Origin: Ruditapes philippinarum | Taxonomy: Eukaryota | Assembly: GCF_026571515.1 (NCBI RefSeq) | Contig: NW_026865060.1 | Location: 62,001-126,000 of the forward strand | Reading direction: 5' to 3' | Length of the DNA: 64,000 nt | Shown: piece after piece, positions 32,001 to 44,245 of the stretch | Position numbering within the stretch: the stretch's first letter is position 1 | Layout of the letters: each line of letters opens with the position of its first letter | The notes under the pieces: model-generated | What the model was told of the DNA's origin: nothing | The model's input: only the letters and a program-made list of their open reading frames with translations | Databases searched by the model: none | Made by a program: the position numbers and the translations under genes

Positions 32001-35000
32001 TTAAATTCTATTATTTGTCAAGTAATCTGCATACTGTTATTTGAAATGCATATAATATATCTTATTTTGGAGATTCAGTGTAAATTTAATTTAAGCCTTA
32101 TAAATTTCAAAGGGAAAAGGGTGAAACAAACGTTCTTCAATGGTACTTCAAATACACCAATAAAATCATTTCCGAATTTGTTTTTTAAGATTTGGTTCAG
32201 ATGATTATTTGATATTTTTGTTGATAAATTATTATAACTTATTTTAATATTTATTTTTAACTTAAATTTTAATTTAACTTAGATTTATAGAATGGTATAA
32301 TCCATATCATATAAATTGGTTAAGGTAATAATTTTACTGACCAGTTTGCATGGTGAATATCATGAAGGAACAGGATAAAATCCAGGTGGCATCGTCCCAT
32401 GTTATCTCGGTGTGACTCTTAAATCCCGTTGTTTTAGAAGATGTTGATGATTGATTCATTTTATTATAACACGCATGCTCGAAAAATATGCTGACAATTT
32501 TTCAATTAATTTTCATCAATTAATAGTTAAATGTAAGTCACACTTATTCAAACATAACTGAGGAAATTTAAAGCTATATCCCCAAGCAGCATTAATAAAA
32601 TAGCATCAGTTATTTCATTATCAAATAATGTTTTAAAGAGTTTTAATGGATGTCACTAATGGAAACACGTATATTCTGTAAAACTCGCTCGAGGGTTGTG
32701 TTAACTTTCATACTTTCTCCTATCTTATAATCTGGCTCTCCGTTAAGTATTAGCTGATTAAATCTATATAATTATATCATACTGGTCCCTGTAATGGATA
32801 TTTCTAGAATGACAGGTTAAACCTCTTCATCATTCACCGACTAATTTACTTAAGTCGCCAGAAAAAAACATTAAATGTTCCAATACCTTTCATGGTTACA
32901 CGGAGAACTAAATGTCTAACAAAAACATTCTAAAATATTGTCTTATTTAATTAATATTATTCATGTCTTATAAAAACAAAATGTAATTTGTGAACTCATA
33001 AAATAAAATACATTGTACATATTAAGCATTTTAATACAAATCTTTAATGGATATATTACTCTGGTAAATTAAAGAACAATAAGTATATTCAGGAATTTGC
33101 TTTTTTAAGATATGAACAATATTACGGCCAAGTTTTGGTAAATTTGTTAAAAGGTGATATTAACGGTCAAATTTGGTAAATAGGTTAATATTGAAAACGT
33201 GATATTAGTTTGGTAAATATGTTAATATTACAAAGGTTATATGAACGGTCAAATCTGTTAAATAGGTTTTGCATTGCAAAGGTTATATTTATATCCAAAT
33301 TTGTTAAAGAGATTTTTTTCGCATAGATAATATAACTGCCAAAAGTTGGCAAAGAACTCAATCAAAATGTGATAACTACTTGTAAGACAAGTTAAACAAT
33401 GCTACACAAGAAGGTGACAAACAGGCACAGTCTAGTGAAGGTGAAGTGTGCTAGTACTTATGTATGACATATACCCTGTTTTCCCGTATTGTCGTGGGGC
33501 TAAGGCCTAAACTGGCATAGACGAACTTTACATAAAAATTTAAGATGGCCATGTTTTGCCCTATACACAGAAAAATACCCCTATTAGACATTATGAACAA
33601 AGAAAACATCATATCTGAAAACAGTTTTAGTTAATACTAAGCTCTCAACTACTGGATGAACCATTTTTTGTACTTTCTCGTATTATATGGGAATTTGATT
33701 TGTTGCTAGAGGCTGGTCGCTATATGATAATTTAATCTATACTGTACATCATTTCAAATAATTGATAACACTGTTAATTCTTTATTATTCAACAAAACTT
33801 AACTATAGTATTATCAATATTATAGTTGAAATTTTAACACAGTTTTCTGCATTCACTGATATTTTCATATAAAACATATTTTTTGTGAACGTTTTAATCT
33901 GAGGGTTGACTTGGTATATATCAGTACTGCAAAAGACACCTTTTCAGAACCTGGAGTTTCAATTCAATTTGTTTTAAGCATGACCCGATAATATGAGAAA
34001 CCTTGATTATACGAGAAACGGGGATAATTCCGTTATATGTTTGTCTTCCATATTAAAAGGACTTCACTGAGGTTTTTTCACATGAAGGGCCTGTTTTCGA
34101 GACCAATGTTCCATTTGATGTAGACCAATTACTTGTGAGCAAAATTTCAGATCATTCGTACACTCCGTTTTTCAAAATATAAATTATTCTATTGTGAAAA
34201 AAAAATGAAACTGGTTAAGTTGCACATTTTATTACTAAGTTTTCCATACATATAGAAATGTTAGCAATGCTTGCAATGGCAGTGACATATCAATACTTTC
34301 TTGTATGGTTTTTAATATTGAAAAAAATGAACACTGTAAAATAAAGGAATATGTCGTGTTAGTGTAAGTGAACCCAATTTCTAACACCAACATTTACGCA
34401 GTCAGTTGGCATTTAAATTTTATGAATACGTGATTACTATGCAAAACTATATGAACATCATAAACATTATATCAGTTGAACACAAAAATGATCATATAAT
34501 ATATTAGACACTTATTAAATATCATAAATTGAGGGTACCTTAAAGTTCCGTTATTTTAATATGCATGAGTTAACTTACAGGATCGTGAACGTTATTGGTG
34601 GTCTCGTTATTTTGGGTAAAATTTATTATACTCAGTAAGTTCTTGTGTAAATAACCCAGTATGTAAGTTCTTGTGTAAAATAAACTGTTTACTAGAAAAT
34701 GTAATGAGATCTAAACAAAGTTTGGAAGGAAGTATGGTTAAAAAGAACTTAAATAGCTGAGTAATTTAACTAGACTGTTAAAGAGCTATCCTGTACATTT
34801 TATAGAACTATCCTTTGCATTTTATTTCATAATGGCAAAAACAATTTATATCCTTTATATTTTATTTTAAAACTATCCTTAAAAATTTATTTCAGAAATT
34901 CAGAATGATGAAAAAAATCCTTTCTATTTTAGAATGGCCAATGGGATTCCTTGATTTCAGTTTGTAATTTTAAAATGACCAATGATAATTCGTTTTTTAT

Positions 35001-36166
35001 ATAAATTTAACGGGCAGCCAAACTGATTTTAGACTTCCTTCGGTCGGAAAATTAAATCATTTAATTATGATGATAGACTTGAACATCTCGACTTTATTAC
35101 AAAAATTATTCTACGCATATCTAAAATGATTAAGTCCATTAAAATTAATGTTCTAGTGAAAAAAGACACGGACATTTGTTATGTTTAATAGAATAATGTG
35201 TGAATTTCTCATGAAAAAGAGCGGCCATGTGTTTTTATAACCTTTTACAAGACAAAATTAATTATGACCTCAAATACATTGATAGCATAACATAAAAAAT
35301 TCTAGTAGTCTTTATTTTTGTGCAAATATATTTCATCAATATATCACAATAAGATTGAAGTGAATTTAGAAGAGAATGGCGCATGTATTATCCTAGCTGA
35401 TTTGTGGGGAGAAAAGAAGAAAGTTACCAAACTAATACAAGAAATGTCAAAATTTCTCGCTATTTACACATGAACATTATGCAATGAAGTTCTGATAGAT
35501 ACATTTTGTGTTATAATATATTAAGATCACAATATGTGGAATATAATGAATTGTTGAATAACAATAAGCCAGCTGTATGGATATGATTTTTTTGTAGTTT
35601 TATTATAAATACATCTATCACAGAGAGAAAATAATTTACATTACTCCGTGCTTTAATGATCGGCGCCAAATGTCACACGATAGGAATAGTGTGCAGGTTG
35701 GCGGGGACTCGAACGCGGTACCGCAGCTTTACAAACTTAGTCATACTGACGCTAACGTATGTTCTTCCATACCGTGAACAGTTTTGTACCGTGAGTCATG
35801 ATCGACAAAGCTGAGAAAAAATACTCATATATTTGATATTCATATATTTAATTAGACTTGAAGCCATAATATGAATGAAATATAATTGAATAAATTTACA
35901 CACACCTAGAAGTTGTCATATATTTGTTAGAATTATGTAGTGTGCCATTCTTTTACAGTAATCACACGTTCCATAAACAATTTGACATGAAATTTTAGTG
36001 AATATTTCAACAGAAAAAGAATGCTTTTACCTGATTGCATGGTGAATATGATAAAAGAACTGGTAAGAATCCATGTAGCATCGTCCCAGGTTACTGGTCC
36101 AATAGATTTGGAAGTTGACAAGAATGGTAAATCTTGAAGACTCGGGTCGTTTGTACTGCTCACCAT
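26003..36166 (-). CDS. AMT: Ammonium transporter (Amt/Mep family), complete; exon 1a 36031-36166 or 1b 32342-32459, then 30490-31051, 30070-30141, 29548-29607, 28689-28765, 27522-27670, 27016-27183, 26003-26335 (518 or 512 aa)
   Basis: Motifs MQ(S/T)GFGLLEAG, FQLSFATTATTIVSGAMAER, HWEW, DIAGSGAVHLVGG (pore His 1), LWWGWLAFNCGS, IDDPVGAIAVHGVCG (pore His 2) and GLRLNEEEELIGADYTEH. All phases are consistent with GT-AG junctions. Confidence 0.95.
26630..26872. repeat. 18-bp minisatellite in the last Amt intron
   Basis: Repeated ATCGCTTAATATAATATC; the ORF 26622..26852 (SSLNII)n is its translation. Confidence 0.9.
27281..27440 (+). mobile_element. Degenerate tRNA-derived SINE (second family)
   Basis: A-box-like GGCCTATAGTG and B box GGTTCGAACCC, followed by a body ..CTGGTTGGTTTCAGGGAGCGGACTCGAAAGTGATT. 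It shares GATCATGGGTTCGA...GGGTCA with 44160-44245. Confidence 0.55.
31382..31630. repeat. ~26-bp degenerate minisatellite in an Amt intron
   Basis: Repeated AATACAAAATACTAAATCTTGTCGCC. Confidence 0.85.
32342..32459 (-). CDS. AMT: Amt alternative first coding exon 1b (proximal)
   Basis: MNQSSTSSKTTGFKSHTEITWDDATWILSCSFMIFTMQT + G|GTCAGT donor, 118 nt, phase 1, compatible with exon 2. It is absent from the ORF track because it is short. Confidence 0.85.
36031..36166 (-). CDS. AMT: Amt alternative first coding exon 1a (distal)
   Basis: MVSSTNDPSLQDLPFLSTSKSIGPVTWDDATWILTSSFIIFTMQS + G|GTAAAA donor, 136 nt, phase 1. Confidence 0.85.
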
Positions 36167-36960
36167 CGTCTATGGAACGCACTACGCGGCTATTTCCGTG
36201 ATAAAGAAAATACAATAAAACACCGTGTAACTTTCTTTTCAGCGACTTTATGTTCACAAATGTTCATTCAGTCCTTTCTTACTTTAGACGAGCATGTTCT
36301 CGATGTCTAGGGAAATTTACTTGTTATATTGTTGTTCAATTAATTCCGGTAATTGTTCCTCTGTTAGTTAGTTTAACCTTTTTTACTTACTTTAAAACGT
36401 TCAATTATTTCATCTGCTCATTACTCCAAGAACGTTTGTAATTTGTGTTGTGTATATGAATGTTTATGCTTTTTATTTGATGAAGTAGAAACATCAAGAC
36501 TGTCTCTAGAGTAGCAGCAGGGCCACATTAATTACATATTACTAATTGCTTCTCACTGAAAGCTTCAATCAAAATTCAATCTTCATTAACCAGCACTTTC
36601 ACTGTCACATCATCGCTTTTCTATGCTGCCTTAATTACTTGTAAAGTATTTAGTCGGAAAACTTTAATTTTACCTAAGTTCAACCTTTTACTAGAGTAAA
36701 TGAATGTTATATTCTCTAAGGATTGAACAGATAAGAACATGGCACATGATGAGCTTTAATATATACTAGTTGAAGATAAACGGATAAATCATTCCCCCTG
36801 GAAGTAATTTAATCAAATGAAATAAGTTAATCCTGTGTGGTAATTGTTTTTCGTGACTGACATGTGCTCTCTTCATGTTTTTATTTATTGATCTTACATT
36901 TTTATTTTACAATTTGAACCAAACTGTTATACTTATATATTAGAGAGACTTTGTGTGAAA

Positions 36961-36981
36961 TCTCTCTCTCTCTCTCTCTCT
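36961..36981. repeat. (TC)n microsatellite between the divergently oriented Amt and LCLAT1-like genes
   Basis: (TC)10 seen directly. Confidence 0.9.
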
Positions 36982-37584
36982 TTCATCCACTGAATCATTT
37001 GGAAAAAGATAGTAGAAGTGAAAGCGACATCAAACAAAATCGGTTACAGCTTGCATGCTATATGTCGAGTTTATGCATTTTATTTCAAGGCAATCCATTC
37101 ATCTGAACCGGTGCTATGTTAGTACTTTTGCCAAAAGTCACGTTGGTCCGCCATCTCATGTTAGTTAATAGATTATGAATAATAAACAGCATCGCATTTA
37201 TTTGTATTAATTATCTTCCTATTATTATTATTATATAATACATTTGTACATGGTTTATATTACATGCATTCGTGACAATAAACTATATTGAATTAAGATT
37301 TAATTGTATACATGTATATATATATGATGTCACGTGATTTATCTGTTGATAGGGGTCGGTATTAACAATAAGATAACTTGAACAGTGATAAAATTAGTCA
37401 CTCCTATATCGTTATGATTTATTTAGAGAAAAATAAACGGTCATAGTGCACTTCAATTGCGTTGAACTATTTACTCGATTTACTGTATTAGTGCTTAAAC
37501 TATATATGTGAATATGAAACAATTTAACATTGTAAGTGGAACAATGCAAGGTTAAAATATTCGTTACTTGCGAAATAAGTGTAA

Positions 37585-38709
37585 ATGAACATTATCACTA
37601 TGGAGGAATGGAAAAAGTACAGACGTTTGGGAGGAGGTATTTTGTTTGTACTGACACTATTGTTCACTTCTCTCAGCGGTTTTATTGTACTAAGTGTTTT
37701 GTACTTGCCGGGTTTCCTGTTTGGACACTCGTCTGCACAATGGATATTTGATACACTAACGAGTTTATGGTTTACGTTTGCTGTTGGTATATATGAACTT
37801 ATTTATGGTGTGAAGATCGTGATTCAAGGAGATGTCAGAAATTTAAACAAGAACAGATGTACTTTATTTATCATGAACCACAGAACCAGACTGGACTGGT
37901 TGTTTTTCTTCTCTATCCAGGCGAGATACGGATCTCTACGACGGTTCAAGATAGCGCTCAAAGATGAGATTCGTCATCTACCGGGAGCAGGCTGGGCAAT
38001 GCAGACAGCCCAGTTTCTATTCCTGAAAAGGAAATGGCATATTGACAAAAACCGTGTAGAAGCAACGTTAAAACATTTCAAACAGAACTGTTTGCCGCCT
38101 CAGTTATTATTCTTTCCAGAAGGCACTGATTTACAGGGCATCAGTAGACAGAAGAGCAAAGATTATGCGGAGAAAAATGAACTTGACGATTACCATTATG
38201 TTCTTCACCCAAGGACGCTTGGTTTTACGTCAGTTGTAACAAATATGAAAACTTGTAATAACCTTGATCAGATTGTTGACGTCACTATTTCCTATCCTCG
38301 CACGATGCTTCAACGAGAAACTGATCTCGTGACTGGAAACATTCCACGAGAGGTGGTTTTTACGTTACGTTGTTATGACATTGATGAAGTACCGACAGAC
38401 AACGAGCCAAAACTGACCAGATGGCTGGAGGAACGCTGGTATGAAAAAGAAGAATTTCTGAAGTGTTTCTATAGCAACAAACAATATAGTAATGACAATG
38501 GATATACAAAAGAACAGAACACAGAAATTGAAAGAGACACCAAGTTATATATGATTGGTGCTATAATTTTTTGGACATTATTTGCTATCATAACATTGTA
38601 TTATTTGTCGTTTTTCTACATGTTCCGTATGACATATTTGTTCGGTTGTGTGATAGGTGTTTTCCTAAGTACATTTGTTGGATTCAACAACATATTTAAT
38701 AAACTATAA
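37585..38709 (+). CDS. LCLAT1: Lysocardiolipin acyltransferase 1-like (AGPAT8/ALCAT1), paralog A, single-exon CDS, 374 aa
   Basis: PlsC/AGPAT motifs NHRTRLDW (HX4D), FLKR, FFPEGTD and VLHPRT.GF, with N- and C-terminal hydrophobic helices. Uninterrupted ORF. Confidence 0.92.
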   Translation: MNIITMEEWKKYRRLGGGILFVLTLLFTSLSGFIVLSVLYLPGFLFGHSSAQWIFDTLTSLWFTFAVGIYELIYGVKIVIQGDVRNLNKNRCTLFIMNHRTRLDWLFFFSIQARYGSLRRFKIALKDEIRHLPGAGWAMQTAQFLFLKRKWHIDKNRVEATLKHFKQNCLPPQLLFFPEGTDLQGISRQKSKDYAEKNELDDYHYVLHPRTLGFTSVVTNMKTCNNLDQIVDVTISYPRTMLQRETDLVTGNIPREVVFTLRCYDIDEVPTDNEPKLTRWLEERWYEKEEFLKCFYSNKQYSNDNGYTKEQNTEIERDTKLYMIGAIIFWTLFAIITLYYLSFFYMFRMTYLFGCVIGVFLSTFVGFNNIFNKL

Positions 38710-40154
38710 TTTACATATGAGCTTTGCTTTCATACCTACAATATTGTGTGGAAAAGACAGGAACAAACTTTGAATAATAATTTATAGACAAAGCAAGCTT
38801 GTTGTTGATAGTACACGATACCAAGAAAGAACTAATTATGAACATTTCTTGTTGTATGAAATGTTTAGCTTATTGTTGCAAGTATTCTGTTCAATTCATA
38901 AACATTTTTATTTATTTCATTTATTTATTCATCCATTCGTTATATATGTATATTGCAATTATGTAGTTACGCATAATAAAATTATCACGAACATTTAATA
39001 CGTGTTTACTTCTTTGTTAAATGGTGATGTTTTATTATAAATATTTTATAATTATGACTGTGAAAAGTTTAATTTGACTGTGCGTTTTATGAAAATGTTG
39101 TTTTATATTAATATTGGTATCTGAAGTAAATGACCATTGGTCAATGTACGTTTATTATGTCGAAATATAGTAAAAAGAAAGGGACTATAGTTTTACAATT
39201 AAAATAATACTCTATAGAAAACAAATAAAACTTTGTTGTTTTTTAACCAATCGTACTAAAATATCAGTAAAAAAAATATGAAAAGTACATTCAAAGAGAA
39301 CGCCAACGTTAAACAGTATTATTATATATTTTACAAAGTATTTTCTTTTAAATGTTTTCAGGTTTAAAAGCTCGTTGTTTACTTATGTTATGTTAATTTT
39401 TATAAATTACCATGTCATTTTTACATCAATTATAACAAATTACATACGTGAATAATAAACACCAGGTCAGTCAAAATCATTAATAGACTCAGTTTGATTG
39501 CGTTTGCTCATATGAGATAATGTTCGGAATGCAACATATCCCCCCAGCACCGCTCAACCAGTATTCAGACTTCAGCACTGTAGTGGAACCAATCTTCCCG
39601 AGGAACCAACACGGAGATTCAATTTGGTTCTAATTGTGTACTTAGTTGTGCTATGTGATAATTATTTGTATTATAAATACTTAAAGATCATTGTGTGTTT
39701 ATTAAATGCTATATGATAATTTGGTGTATTATAAATACTATATGATAATTGTTTGTTTTGTAAATGCTAGATTATAATTGTGTGTTATATCCATCTCTAT
39801 TTTAAGAATGTAATGCTTCAAAGGTAGTCATTATAACAAATATCTATGTAGGTTGGCGAGTTTTATATTTAATTGTTTTATATAACACGGTAGTGGGGTC
39901 AATAATTTAACTGACTAGATTATACGGTAACATAAAGTCATCAACCTCTTGTTTTTAACTAGGTAAATATTTATAATTATCATTACACTCAGCACTTATT
40001 ATACTGATAACACCAAGATGATAATGTGAATGATAACGCAAACTTTCCATACTAACTATATATACTGTCAAATTATAGCAACAATGTAAATTATTACATA
40101 AACATTTTACTCTTTCTATTGTCAAATTAAATGTCTACATGTATCAATAAGACA

Positions 40155-40407
40155 CTGTCTGTGCCCGAGTGGTTAAGATCGTTGACTTCAAACCACTTGC
40201 CCCTCACCGCTGTGGGTTCGAATCCCGACTTAAATTTGGATTCTTTCATGTGAGGAAGCTATCCAGCTAGCTTACGGAACGTCGGTGGTTCTACTCAGGT
40301 GCCCGTTCGTGCGGAAGGTCTTCTTCCACCACTAAAGCTGGAACGTCGCAATATGACCTAGTATACTGTGTCGGTGTGACGTAAAACCCAATCAAACAAA
40401 CAAAACA
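40155..40407 (+). mobile_element. tRNA-derived SINE (Meta-domain-like mollusc SINE), near full length, with 12-bp TSD
   Basis: A box (GCCCGAGTGG), B box (GGTTCGAATCCC), core GAAGCTATCCAGCTAGCTTACGGAACGTCGGTGGTTCTACTCAGGTGCCCG and an (AAAC)n tail. TSD ATCAATAAGACA at 40143-40154 and 40408-40419. The family name is from memory, not from a search. Confidence 0.88.
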
Positions 40408-41014
40408 ATCAATAAGACAAATCAAACGATATGATGGAGAGCTTGTAAGTATAACAATATTTTTATTATTTTATTCGTCTTTTATATACTAGTAAGTACA
40501 TGTTCATAAATAAAATCCTTACAGTTATTACAGTTATTTGGACTGTTATGTAGACTTCTGTTATTTTTTAAGGCAGAATGCAAGGTATTATTTAATTTTT
40601 CCCATGAAATATGGTGCTATATCAGTCAAATATATTTCATATTTTTTAAAAATAAATATGAAATATAAATATGAAAGTGGGCGGAGTCAAAACTCATATT
40701 TATTCTTAGGGACTTCTTTCGCCATTTTGTTCGAAAAATCTGATAAATACAAAACAAATTTTTGTTGAATTTTGCTTTGAAAACTATCTAGAATGATAGA
40801 AAATGGTCTAACTAAGAAAATAAATCCGAACACCAATATCTTTAATTCAGTTATTAACGCTGTACAGACGTTTAAACAGTTGTTTACGTGACGTCACAAT
40901 GTAGCGCCAAATATCGCGTGCAAGACAAGACGCAATAATATTTTGCTGTACAATTGCAGTTGCGTAGCAAGCAATAGGTTTCGTAACCATTTTTCTTTGA
41001 TAATGAAATTAAAT

Positions 41015-41185
41015 AAAAAGGTTATTTTTTCGTTTTTCGTGAAATATGGTATATATTTTCACTCAACATGATAAAATGTCACATATTTTCACTCGCCGTC
41101 CCGGCTCGTGAAAATATGTGGCATTTTATCATGTTTCGTGAAAATATATTCCATATTTCACTCAAACGAAAAAATATCCTCTTAT
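41015..41185. repeat. ~170-bp imperfect palindrome (foldback/MITE-like)
   Basis: Arms ~41017-41092 and ~41108-41183 are reverse complements with few mismatches around a short GC-rich centre. Confidence 0.88.
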
Positions 41186-41998
41186 TATTACATTTTTGTA
41201 AGGTTTAAAATACCTTAAGAAACAATTTTATTTTATAGGGGCTAAACAATAGGACTAAAATAGTCATAAAGATACGTTAAATGTTACCTGACATTATAAA
41301 AATGAACACAAAACTTATATCAAACTTGTGTCATTTTGACTGGAAAGGTTGTTCATTTAATCTATCAAATCAAACAGTTCGGTCAGTCAATTTTCAACCT
41401 GTGTTTATACAGAATAATGAACATTTTGAGAATGAACGTGACTAGCGTATCACATTAACTTGTCATTCTAACTATTTCAGTTTGTGAAATAATTCAGTTA
41501 AATAGGTTAACTAGATGCATGAGTTTATAGTGTATGCTATAATCACCCTGCTAATATCTTGATAATTTCAAAACAAGATAACCTTACAACTTAATTTTCA
41601 GATAGTTGATGACAGAAAAACGTGTTCAGTTCAAATGAAAATCTTATAATTACATGTATTCTATAAGAAGCTCAACTAGCACAGTGGTATCAACCTGGCT
41701 GGAGCCCTCTATCCCGAAACAAATGTTCTCAAATTATTCACAAAAAATATCGACATATCAGAAGAAGTCGTTTAAGCTGTCACACATAAACTGATATATT
41801 AAAGTGTAATATAGAATTAAATAATTGATTATTACAAACGGGAGACAGCGACAGGAGTGGTAGAAGAATAGACTGTAAAATCTCCCACCTTACAGGCAAC
41901 TGGTCAAGTACTAAAACACTAAGATCATCTTTCAGGGAAGATTAACAAAATATTATCTGCATGGTTAATATTCTGACTACACGATGTGACCATTTTAA

Positions 41999-42354
41999 AG
42001 GAACTCAACTGAGGTCCAATAGCCTAAAATAATAAATTTTAAAATTCTTTCTGAAATCAACTGGTATATTTAAATTTGAAACCAAGCAATAGATGATACA
42101 TACATATACACGGCATTAAATTGATAATCGATTTTTATGCGATTTTTGGCCGATTTGAGTGAAAGGCGTTTAAACGGTTTTCATTTATTGGGCCAATTTG
42201 CACAATAAAATTGATTATTTCTGGGAAACGGAGTGAGCGAATGATCTGAAATTTTGTACATGAGTTATTGGTCTAGACATACATCTAGTTATACAAAAAT
42301 CTCGAAAAAAATATTTTCGGTCCCTTCACTTCAAAAAACCTCAGTGGAGTCCCT
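41999..42354. mobile_element. Kolobok-like non-autonomous DNA transposon (TTAA TSD)
   Basis: TIRs AGGAACTCAACTGAGGT / ACCTCAGTGGAGTCCCT with TTAA on both sides (41995-41998, 42355-42358). The AG...CT termini fit Kolobok rather than piggyBac (CC...GG). Confidence 0.75.
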
Positions 42355-42358
42355 TTAA

Positions 42359-42675
42359 GAACACAGGTGATATTATCAGTGTTTGGATACCCCACCCCAC
42401 CCTGCCCCTGGACCCCTGCTACAACCGTCTTTCGCATTGTTTGGCAAACGAGTATATAGTAGACTTTCCATCTTTCTGTAACTATAATTTTGATGGTGGA
42501 ATTTTTTTTTATTATTATTACATGTATTTTATACAATGTATGTGGTTTTGTTTTTTGGTATCTTATAGTAAGCCTTAGAGTGTTGAATTATTTTATTCAG
42601 GGTTGTAGAAGGGGTCCAGGGGTAGGGTGGGGTTTCCAAACACTGATACTGTCACCTTTGGTTAAGAATGGCTGT
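42359..42675. repeat. ~70-bp GC-rich inverted repeat pair with ~170-bp AT-rich spacer
   Basis: 42366-42427 (AGGTGATATTATCAGTGTTTGGATACCCCACCC...GGACCCCTGCTACAACC) is the reverse complement of 42601-42660. Confidence 0.75.
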
Positions 42676-43594
42676 TGAATCCCTTGTGATGTATATATTT
42701 CAGCTGGGAAAAGTGCATCATATCGCTTTAAAGCCTTCTTCAAAACAGCATCCGAGAGCTATTTCTAGCGCCCCAGTGACTTTCGTTTCATTAAATAAAA
42801 GATCCGGAACATAGAGGTAAAGAAAATGAGGAAAAAAATGGATAAAATGGGGGATGTTTTTTTATTAGAAAATAAAAATCATGATATTTTGTATACATAT
42901 AGAAAGCTGCATGCACTTAATTTGAATAAAAACCGTGATATTATACAGACTATTAAAGTAATATATAAGTTTGAAATGATGACCATTAGAAGCGCTACAT
43001 AAACATGATACAAAATGGATTTAAAGTGGAAATATTTAAAACAAAAGAAATATAACATTTAGATATTCTTATGAAATGTTTATGGAAAACAAAATAATCA
43101 TAGACTTCTAAATTGATTAAGTATGAACATTTATATGTCAAATAACAATATTTTGTTCTAGAACATTTTATTATCAGCTATATGTCATATCATATCATGT
43201 ATCTCACACTTACCGACTACATTCAAAATAGTATATAGTTCTTCCGTTTACTTTTCATGTATGATATGAAAAACTGTCAACATAATTATTTCTGTTACTG
43301 TTATATACCGCAAGTTATTTTAATAAAGAGAGATAACTATGAACTTACAATTAAATATGCATGGTGTATTTGTCTCCCTTGAAATACCGTCCAAAAAACC
43401 CGCTCTCCCTTCCCTAGTTTTGTTACTTTTCTTTTTCTTTCTTTCAAAGTTTCATTTTCATATCATCGCAATAGAACAAAACATTAATTCTTTTAACTTC
43501 AAGTACAGATGGAACGGGGTTTAACTCGTCACATAATGTTATAATGTCTGTATAATCATAGTGAAGGAGAATCTGGCCTATGAACAATATCTCA

Positions 43595-43755
43595 NNNNNN
43601 NNNNNNNNNNNNNNNNNNNNNNNNNNNNNNNNNNNNNNNNNNNNNNNNNNNNNNNNNNNNNNNNNNNNNNNNNNNNNNNNNNNNNNNNNNNNNNNNNNNN
43701 NNNNNNNNNNNNNNNNNNNNNNNNNNNNNNNNNNNNNNNNNNNNNNNNNNNNNNN
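43595..43755. other. Assembly gap (run of N)
   Basis: About 161 N characters. Confidence 0.99.
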
Positions 43756-44159
43756 GATGTTAACCTTCTTAAATACATGAACTTTGGTGTATGACATAGA
43801 TATAACTTTAAATTTGATTTTAATATAAAACATTTAAATTATTTAAGTAAGTGCGGTAATTTTATAATATTATACAAATGTGATACTAAATATATAAACT
43901 ATAAAGTAACGTCGGCTTTCCTAATTTATTTCAAGTTCATTTCGGATTGTTCGGTTTCTATTCAACGGCAATATCCACACACATGTAATTATATAACTTA
44001 AGGTGCAATATGCCTTCGAAAAACAATTAACTAAATTTAAATGTTAATATTTAGTTTGATTTATCACGTATATAAGTGACCTAGGAGTACGGAAACAACC
44101 AATTTAATATCATTAAATTATGGATGTGCACGCTACGTCTAATAAAATGTAAGTTGATC

Positions 44160-44245
44160 GGTGGCAAAGTGATTAAGGTGTCTACCTCACAACACAGGGA
44201 TCATGGGTTCGAGCTCTACTCGGGTCAGGACCATCTTCCCTCATT
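44160..44245 (+). mobile_element. SINE 5' tRNA-like head fragment
   Basis: GGTGGCAAAGTGATTAAGGTG...GGGTTCGAGCTC (A and B boxes); similar to 27281-27440. Confidence 0.5.

Noticed and set aside
33472-34026. Possible TA-flanked TIR element
   Set aside because: The TIR match is weak and the right-hand TSD is imperfect.
35695-35760. tRNA-like B box on the - strand
   Set aside because: No cloverleaf can be built; probably a SINE remnant.
40160-40232. Apparent tRNA gene
   Set aside because: It is the head of a SINE, continuing into a core, tail and TSD, and it lacks a paired acceptor stem.
43339-43833. ORFs next to and across the N run
   Set aside because: They are inflated by the gap and the flanking peptides are unrecognisable.
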